Source of the DNA: an uncultured virus (IMG/VR IMGVR_UViG_3300025372_000013)
Taxonomy: Duplodnaviria; Heunggongvirae; Uroviricota; Caudoviricetes
Virus record (IMG/VR): IMGVR_UViG_3300025372_000013
DNA length: 35,468 bases
Direction: 5' to 3' (one strand)
Part shown: piece after piece, positions 7,944-13,803 of the stretch
Position numbering within the stretch: the first letter of the stretch is position 1
How the letters are laid out: the number at the start of each line of letters is the position of its first letter
Translations under genes and position numbers: made by a program
The notes under the pieces: model-generated
Seen by the model: the letters and a program-made list of their open reading frames with translations, nothing else
Database searches by the model: none
What the model was told of the DNA's origin: nothing

Positions 7944-9297
7944 TGTTACTCCTAAGGTAGTTGTTTAGATCCTCTGGAGTTCCCACTCCCCACATCTTAT
8001 TAACATGCATAGCATATACACGCTTCCCATCATTAATAGCTTCATTAAATACTGGGGCGGTATAGAACTCTCCGTTAACTGTGATGTTCTTTTCCATCAT
8101 CTGCTCAGCGTACTTAACAAAGTCTGAGCCATGCTTCCAATAGTAAATGCCCACAGTTGCATGATTGCTAATAGGCTTCTTCTCAGCAACTTCTAAAACA
8201 AGGCCTGTATCAGATGCGATTCTTGCATAAGACCACTTAGGGTGGGTAGAGGTGAATGTTGCAATGCCGGCATCAGCATTCTTTACGTTCATATGATACA
8301 TAAAGTCTCTGCTGTCCCAGTCAACGATTTGATCTGAGTTAGCTATGATCAGAGGCTCATCATTATTAATAAGCTCTCTTGCAAGTAAACAGGTCTGGGC
8401 CGCACCGCCTGTAAGCACTGGGGTGCTGATCAAATGGCATCCAGGGGTGATCTTGTCTAGCATGAACATCAAGTTGTATTTTTCTACATGCTCCTGCATA
8501 GAAACATAGATGTAGTTTGCCTCTATACCAAGGCTCTCTACTACACGCTCGATCATAGGCTTACCGTTAACTTCAATAAGAGGTTTAGGGAAGCTATAGC
8601 CAGCATCCGCAAAACGACTCCCTAGTCCTGCCATTGGGATCAAAACATTCATCTTCTTATCCCTAAATGAAGAGGCTTTAGATAGGTGCTCTAGAGCAAG
8701 ATCAATCTTTTCTTTAGTAAGATCTTCCCTATTCTTAATCTCAATAAGATGAGCCCCACTATCCCTAGCAGCAAGTTTTCCAACAAAGCTGTCTTCAAAG
8801 ATAACAACATTTGTTGGAACAGTCTTGAAATAGTTCATGATAGACCAATACATTTCTGGGTGGGGCTTAGAGTTTGCAACTCCGCCATTAGATATGGCTA
8901 CATCCACGTATGGAAGTATCCCCAACTTATCTAAACAGGTCTCTACAGTCTTGGAAATACTGTTACTGGCAACGCCGATGCCAATGCCCTTTGATGCAAT
9001 GTACTTAAAGTGCTCTACAAGATCCCTATCTTCTACTACGTTCTCAAACATCTCTGCAGTGTACTTTTGCTTAAGTTCCCAAATCACTGGGTGCAGCTCT
9101 TGAACAAGCCCCTTACTCTCAGAGAGAATAAACAGCTTCTCCTTAGTAGGCAACCCCTCATATATATTCTTGTGGTCAAAAGTACTAATTACAAGCTCAG
9201 GAGAAACATCTTCCAACGCCATATTCAGAGCGGTAAAATGAATGTCCTTGCTGTCAATCAAGACCCCATCAAGATCAAAGATTATAACTTTTTTCAT
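7936..9297 (-). CDS. HAD phosphatase fused to nucleotidyltransferase (GT-A, BcbE-like)
   Basis: FDLDGVL, SNS, KPHP and FEDS HAD motifs, then LIPMAGLGSRF...PKPLI, NSDQ, EK, GEFY, GTPEDL. Start at 9297 from the ATGA overlap. Confidence 0.88.
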   Translation of the reverse strand: MKKVIIFDLDGVLIDSKDIHFTALNMALEDVSPELVISTFDHKNIYEGLPTKEKLFILSESKGLVQELHPVIWELKQKYTAEMFENVVEDRDLVEHFKYIASKGIGIGVASNSISKTVETCLDKLGILPYVDVAISNGGVANSKPHPEMYWSIMNYFKTVPTNVVIFEDSFVGKLAARDSGAHLIEIKNREDLTKEKIDLALEHLSKASSFRDKKMNVLIPMAGLGSRFADAGYSFPKPLIEVNGKPMIERVVESLGIEANYIYVSMQEHVEKYNLMFMLDKITPGCHLISTPVLTGGAAQTCLLARELINNDEPLIIANSDQIVDWDSRDFMYHMNVKNADAGIATFTSTHPKWSYARIASDTGLVLEVAEKKPISNHATVGIYYWKHGSDFVKYAEQMMEKNITVNGEFYTAPVFNEAINDGKRVYAMHVNKMWGVGTPEDLNNYLRSNND

Positions 9298-10301
9298 GCT
9301 GATAACCACGCTTTCAAGAAAGGATCGTTTTCAATGGTACTAATTACCTCATCCGAACTCCTATTTAGATTAGGAATAGAGACGTAGCGGTGACCCAGTC
9401 TTGCGGCCATTAAGTGATAGAAGTGGTGCATCTCTTCTGTGCCTACAGAGGCAGGCTCAGTAACACCGTTACCAACACTAGTAAAAGCAATAAGCGGAGT
9501 AGTCAGCTCAAGCACGGCAGACCCAGGCGGCATAAATGCAGCGTTTACAAGACCAGAGCTAGTTGTTGATGCTACCAACTTAGCCTTGCTAAAGTAGCTG
9601 ATCTGTGATTCAAAGGTCTTAAATTCATCGGGGGCTACAATCTCAAACCCTAAAGATGCAAAGTAGTTTTCTACCTTGCCTTCATCATCCATGCGGTCAT
9701 CATCCTCATATGGAAGCCGCCCTTTGATCAGAGCTTTAAGGGACCTGCCCTTGTAATTCTTTCTAGTTAGGTAAACTTTCTTACCATCTGCCACGTTTAC
9801 ATCCGGGGTAATGAACTGCTTAGACATTTCGTGGATCTTTGGCCAAGGGTTGTTTACCTCATACGACTCTACTAACAAGTCTCTAAAATAAAGGTTATTG
9901 ATGTTGAACTTATTTATGACCCTAAGATCTACCGGCGCATAATCTACGCCGTTCTTATTAAGGAACTTAAAGAAGTTCTGAATGTAGGTTGGAAGCGGAT
10001 CTCTATCTACAACCCCAGTGATATCAATAATAAACAGGGCATCTGGAGTTAAAGCGTATTGAGCTAAAAACTCACCTAGATCTTCATGCATAAAGTGGTA
10101 GAAAGATGCCCCCAGGTAGACAAATACCTTCATCTGGTCTGAGATAAAGTCTTTTACATGCTTCTCTTTCTTTCCAAACTTTGGGTGAACTTGAAACATG
10201 TTGATATTGTTGCCTGCAACCAGACCTACTTCCTCTGGAGCAAAGCGGTAAGACGTTTGATATGACGTATGATTGAGCGTAGTGGTGCTAGTAGACTTCA
10301 T
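9294..10301 (-). CDS. Glycosyltransferase, GT61 (DUF563)-like
   Basis: YHF..E; KVYLTR; GFEIV.P...FESQI..F..A..V....SGLVN..FM.PG..VLEL. Confidence 0.8.
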   Translation of the reverse strand: MKSTSTTTLNHTSYQTSYRFAPEEVGLVAGNNINMFQVHPKFGKKEKHVKDFISDQMKVFVYLGASFYHFMHEDLGEFLAQYALTPDALFIIDITGVVDRDPLPTYIQNFFKFLNKNGVDYAPVDLRVINKFNINNLYFRDLLVESYEVNNPWPKIHEMSKQFITPDVNVADGKKVYLTRKNYKGRSLKALIKGRLPYEDDDRMDDEGKVENYFASLGFEIVAPDEFKTFESQISYFSKAKLVASTTSSGLVNAAFMPPGSAVLELTTPLIAFTSVGNGVTEPASVGTEEMHHFYHLMAARLGHRYVSIPNLNRSSDEVISTIENDPFLKAWLSA

Positions 10302-10303
10302 TG

Positions 10304-10579
10304 TTATCCCTCGATTATTTTAGTTAAATCATCCTCTGTCAGTTCCCTATCAAAAGGGAGGTCTGGAGTTACCCACTTGTTTAGCGGGCACCTGGCATCT
10401 TGAAGCTTAACTTTAGCATTCATTATGCATCCGCATTCACGGCACTGGTGGGTTAGCTTTATGAAGCGCTCACAACCTTTGCAGGTTTTAAGCCTATTCT
10501 CAGCAATAGCTGGGAGAGCACGCTCCATATTTTTGTTCAGCATATCCCACGGTTTTACTTCCCTAGGGGTATCTGACAT
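10304..10579 (-). CDS. Small Cys-rich protein (DUF6171-like)
   Basis: RLKTCKGC...QCRECGC....K......CPLNKW. Confidence 0.65.
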   Translation of the reverse strand: MSDTPREVKPWDMLNKNMERALPAIAENRLKTCKGCERFIKLTHQCRECGCIMNAKVKLQDARCPLNKWVTPDLPFDRELTEDDLTKIIEG

Positions 10580-10965
10580 TATTGTGATCCCCGCCTTGTA
10601 ACTCCGTGGATGCTAAATGGTTCAAACTTGCCATCTTTATGGACAGATCCAACAGGAGGGCGTGGGTCTCCATCATTAATCTTAACAAATGACGGTCCCT
10701 TTAAAAGAAGTTCGCTAAAACCCTTTTGAACGTTCATAACATCTACTACGATACCATCTAAAACGATAGCTAAGGATACGACTTCTACTCCGGCAGGAGG
10801 CTCGTTTACCGCACATTCTGGGCCATGAACATGTTCTGCCGGGGCATGCTGATGATCATGGTCATGTTTTTTAGCTGCACGCTTTCCCTTTAAGTACTTA
10901 ACAAACTCTTTAGTACTCATAGGCTTTACTTCTGGAACATCGTAGTTCCTAATAACCTTATCCAT
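10579..10965 (-). CDS. 'LSNPTF'-family paralogue with His-rich segment
   Basis: LAIVLDGIVVDVM...LLLKGPSFVKI aligns to the other two paralogues; contains HDHDHQH..HVHGPEC. Confidence 0.7.
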   Translation of the reverse strand: MDKVIRNYDVPEVKPMSTKEFVKYLKGKRAAKKHDHDHQHAPAEHVHGPECAVNEPPAGVEVVSLAIVLDGIVVDVMNVQKGFSELLLKGPSFVKINDGDPRPPVGSVHKDGKFEPFSIHGVTRRGSQ

Positions 10966-11657
10966 TACTCGTAATCCTTCTTAACCCACTCGACGTTTTT
11001 ATACTTATACTGCTCAACACGTACGTTTACAGACTTAACTCTTCCAAGAGCAGTCAAACCAACATCTACAAAAGATCTCCATGAAGCTCTTTTAACGGGT
11101 ATGATTTGTACAAAGGGTGTGCCAGCAGGAATAGTACCTGTCCAGCCCTCCCTTATATGAAAAGGAATGTTGCCATTAGTAAAGAATTTGTCGCTGTCAA
11201 TAGTAGCAGACATGGTTCTAAATGGAAGATCGCTTCTGTTAAATGGGTGGGTAACAATAGTGCTCCAACCACGTGGTGTTTTCCAACCCCACTTAGAAGC
11301 CCAAATTAAATGGTTCTTGCTGTGACCGGCAGGCACAGGGATTGTGGCTCCAAGAGCACTAGGGCGCTCACCAACAAAGCCTTGCCATGCATCTGGCCCA
11401 TCCCACCTTATATTCATTTTTCCGTCTTCATCACGGGTGACGTGGATGTCAAAAGGTGTAAGGAGAAAATACCCGCCGATCATCACATCAATAAAGGGCT
11501 TGCAGGTCTTTAAGCCCGCATTGTTATTCCCGTTTTCATCAACCCAGTGATACTCGCCATCTCTATACCATTGAGGTACGTGCTTTTTACACGGCTCTGG
11601 TTCAAGAAGCATGAGCTCTTTATCTTCAATTTCTGGAACAAATCGTATTACTTTCAT
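10965..11657 (-). CDS. DUF6065-like protein, copy 1
   Basis: VPQWY...GLKTCKPFIDVM.GGY...THPFNR.DLPF...IPAGTPFVQIIPVKR. Confidence 0.65.
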   Translation of the reverse strand: MKVIRFVPEIEDKELMLLEPEPCKKHVPQWYRDGEYHWVDENGNNNAGLKTCKPFIDVMIGGYFLLTPFDIHVTRDEDGKMNIRWDGPDAWQGFVGERPSALGATIPVPAGHSKNHLIWASKWGWKTPRGWSTIVTHPFNRSDLPFRTMSATIDSDKFFTNGNIPFHIREGWTGTIPAGTPFVQIIPVKRASWRSFVDVGLTALGRVKSVNVRVEQYKYKNVEWVKKDYE

Positions 11658-11674
11658 AGTCGCCCTCCCGAATA

Positions 11675-12010
11675 CTATGCTTGTGGTGCTGAATCTACCG
11701 ATGGTGTTGCGGGTGCCTCTTGTGGGGTAGGCGCTACTGGCGCAGCGTTTTGTGGGTTTGCAGGAATAGCATCAACGGCAGGCGGTGGTGTGAAAGCCCC
11801 GTCAGTGTATAAAAATCCTGGGTCAACATAAAGTGTCTTAGGGATTTGAATAAATGTAGGGTTTGAAAGGTAGCGTGCTGCGTCTGTGGTATCTAGATTA
11901 AAAACAGTGTGAACAATCCCGTTAATAACCATTGCAACCCTATAACGACCTGATGTCTCAGGTGGTGTTGGCACAACAAGGGGTGGAACTGGTAGCAAAT
12001 CGTCAGCCAT
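11675..12010 (-). CDS. 'LSNPTF'-family protein with Pro/Ala-rich tails
   Basis: VAMVINGIVHTVF...ARYLSNPTFIQI...G..Y..G.F.PP; AAGGAG RBS; directly follows the tip gene (possible fibre chaperone). Confidence 0.7.
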   Translation of the reverse strand: MADDLLPVPPLVVPTPPETSGRYRVAMVINGIVHTVFNLDTTDAARYLSNPTFIQIPKTLYVDPGFLYTDGAFTPPPAVDAIPANPQNAAPVAPTPQEAPATPSVDSAPQA

Positions 12011-12021
12011 GTATTATCTCC

Positions 12022-13803
12022 TTAGTTTGACTGGGAATTGAAGTCGTCTAGTTGATTACCCTGTACGTAATCGGAAGGTCCTAGTACGATTCCAAACTTA
12101 GTGGCTATTGTAGCACTTGTCGCTGTATATGTGAGGTCGGAACCTATTTGGCTAGTTAGGGCCGTATCCTGATAAGGACGTACGGTAATGACCTTTGTAG
12201 CCGCATTGGTTATTACCTTAAAAGCCGCAGCCAACTGGGATAGGCTCCAACGGGTGATCTCTGAAACTACGTTGCTTGAAGACTGTATAAGGCGAATATA
12301 TCCAGGGAAACAGGTCTGGCAGTTACATGAGGTGTAGCCATATTGAGGGGAAGAGCAATATGGGGCGTAGGTGGCGTAGTAAACGGTACATACTGGGCCA
12401 TAGTAGTTATTAGTAAAAGAGTTGCAGTTAGGGCCAGAATAGCTTGAAATACCGTAGTTGGCGTTTGGTCCAGAGTAGCTGCTTGCTCCATAGCCATTGC
12501 AGCTAGGTCCAGAGTAGGAGGTAGCTCCATATCCATTACAGTTTGGTCCGGTGTAGTTGGATAGGCTGTATACCTGTTGAACTCCATAGCCCGAGACGCC
12601 GTATGAGCTACAAGTAGAGCCTGCATAAGATACGCAGTAGGAGCCTGAAACACCGTAGCCTGCACAGCTGTAATAGGTGCTATAGGCCAAGCAGCCAGAA
12701 ACATATGCTGTACATGGGTGAGAAGTGCTATAGCCTGTACATGGGTGGGAAACAATGTAGTAGTTTCCGCCTTTGTAGTAGGAGTTTCCGTAGCCTACAC
12801 AGGAGTAGGAGGTTCCATAGCTTCCACAAGCTCCTGAATAGTATGCGCTACAGGATCCTCCAGAAGAGTAGCCACCGGTACATCCATAGTTGTTACCGTA
12901 GGCTACACATTGTGGAGAATAAGAAGCACATGCGTAGGTGGTGTAGTATGCGTAGTTTGTACTATAGACTGCTGAGTAGGAGTAGCCTCCAGTACAGCCG
13001 TATCCTGCTACAGAGTACGAATATCCTCCGGTACATCCGTATCCAGATACAGCATATGAATAGCTTACAACTCCATAGTTGGTTGCATAAGAGTAGCCAC
13101 CGGTACATGATGCACTGCTGTAGTAGGCGTAGTTTCCGCAATAAGTTCCGGTTACATATGGGGTATACGCAGCACAAGCATAGGTTGCGCAGGTGGAGCA
13201 GTTACAGGAAGTATTGGTTGAACGACCGTAAGTTACTCCCCACCAGTTGCCTGAGTCAGTAACCCACATAGCAACACCAGCACCACCATCGTTATTGCGG
13301 GTGGCAACGTTAGTAATGCTACCTGTAGTTGGGGCTGAAGAGGCCTGAACCTCAAGAGTGATCTGGCTAGAGCTATCTACCGAAACAATCTGAATATCAG
13401 TATCTGTTCCAAGAGATCCAGTTCCAGGTGTAGCTGAGATCCATTGACCTGCGCCAAGACCTGCTGTGGAGCTAAGTCCGGTAACAACAACGGTGTATCC
13501 ACTAGTTGTTGGGGTTACGGTTGAGATTGTTCCAGAAGCAGAGAATACAAAGGTAGAACCCACAGAAATTGAAGAGGTATTGCTTTTGGAGGTCATGTTT
13601 ACGTCAGCAAGTGGGTATGAAGAAGCTGCTGTAGATGTGGTAGCTGAATAACCGTTAGCTGTCCAAACGCCTTGCTCTGCGTGCCATGCTCCGCCTGAGC
13701 TAGAGGTTCCTAGTGAGCCTGATGTACTCCTATTGAAGTTATCCGAAAAGGAGGCAAAAGCCGTTTGGATAAAGTTCATTAACCCTTGAAAAATACCAGA
13801 CAT
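12022..13803 (-). CDS. Putative fibre-tip/adhesin protein with Cys/Tyr ladder insert
   Basis: FSDNFNR..LGTSSSGG.W and WVTDSGNWW scaffold shared with 5258..6520; a 299-aa insert holds all 28 Cys. Confidence 0.75.
   Translation of the reverse strand: MSGIFQGLMNFIQTAFASFSDNFNRSTSGSLGTSSSGGAWHAEQGVWTANGYSATTSTAASSYPLADVNMTSKSNTSSISVGSTFVFSASGTISTVTPTTSGYTVVVTGLSSTAGLGAGQWISATPGTGSLGTDTDIQIVSVDSSSQITLEVQASSAPTTGSITNVATRNNDGGAGVAMWVTDSGNWWGVTYGRSTNTSCNCSTCATYACAAYTPYVTGTYCGNYAYYSSASCTGGYSYATNYGVVSYSYAVSGYGCTGGYSYSVAGYGCTGGYSYSAVYSTNYAYYTTYACASYSPQCVAYGNNYGCTGGYSSGGSCSAYYSGACGSYGTSYSCVGYGNSYYKGGNYYIVSHPCTGYSTSHPCTAYVSGCLAYSTYYSCAGYGVSGSYCVSYAGSTCSSYGVSGYGVQQVYSLSNYTGPNCNGYGATSYSGPSCNGYGASSYSGPNANYGISSYSGPNCNSFTNNYYGPVCTVYYATYAPYCSSPQYGYTSCNCQTCFPGYIRLIQSSSNVVSEITRWSLSQLAAAFKVITNAATKVITVRPYQDTALTSQIGSDLTYTATSATIATKFGIVLGPSDYVQGNQLDDFNSQSN
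12310..13206 (-). repeat. Mirror-symmetric Cys/Tyr repeat region (protein level)
   Basis: CTGGYS repeats in the first half and Y[ST]GPx[CA]N repeats in the second half; bounded by TSCNCSTC and TSCNCQTC. Confidence 0.85.

Noticed and set aside
12310..13206. Possibility that the protein symmetry reflects a DNA inverted repeat, or that the gene is a RiPP precursor
   Set aside because: The two arms use different repeat units and I see no reverse-complement match. The insert sits inside a virion-type scaffold and no radical-SAM, YcaO or Lan enzyme is nearby.
12267..13262. Overlapping ORFs 12267..12755 (-), 12705..13262 (+) and 12962..13177 (-) inside the Cys-ladder gene
   Set aside because: No clear RBS; open frames are expected by-products of the biased Tyr/Cys/Ser/Gly codon content.
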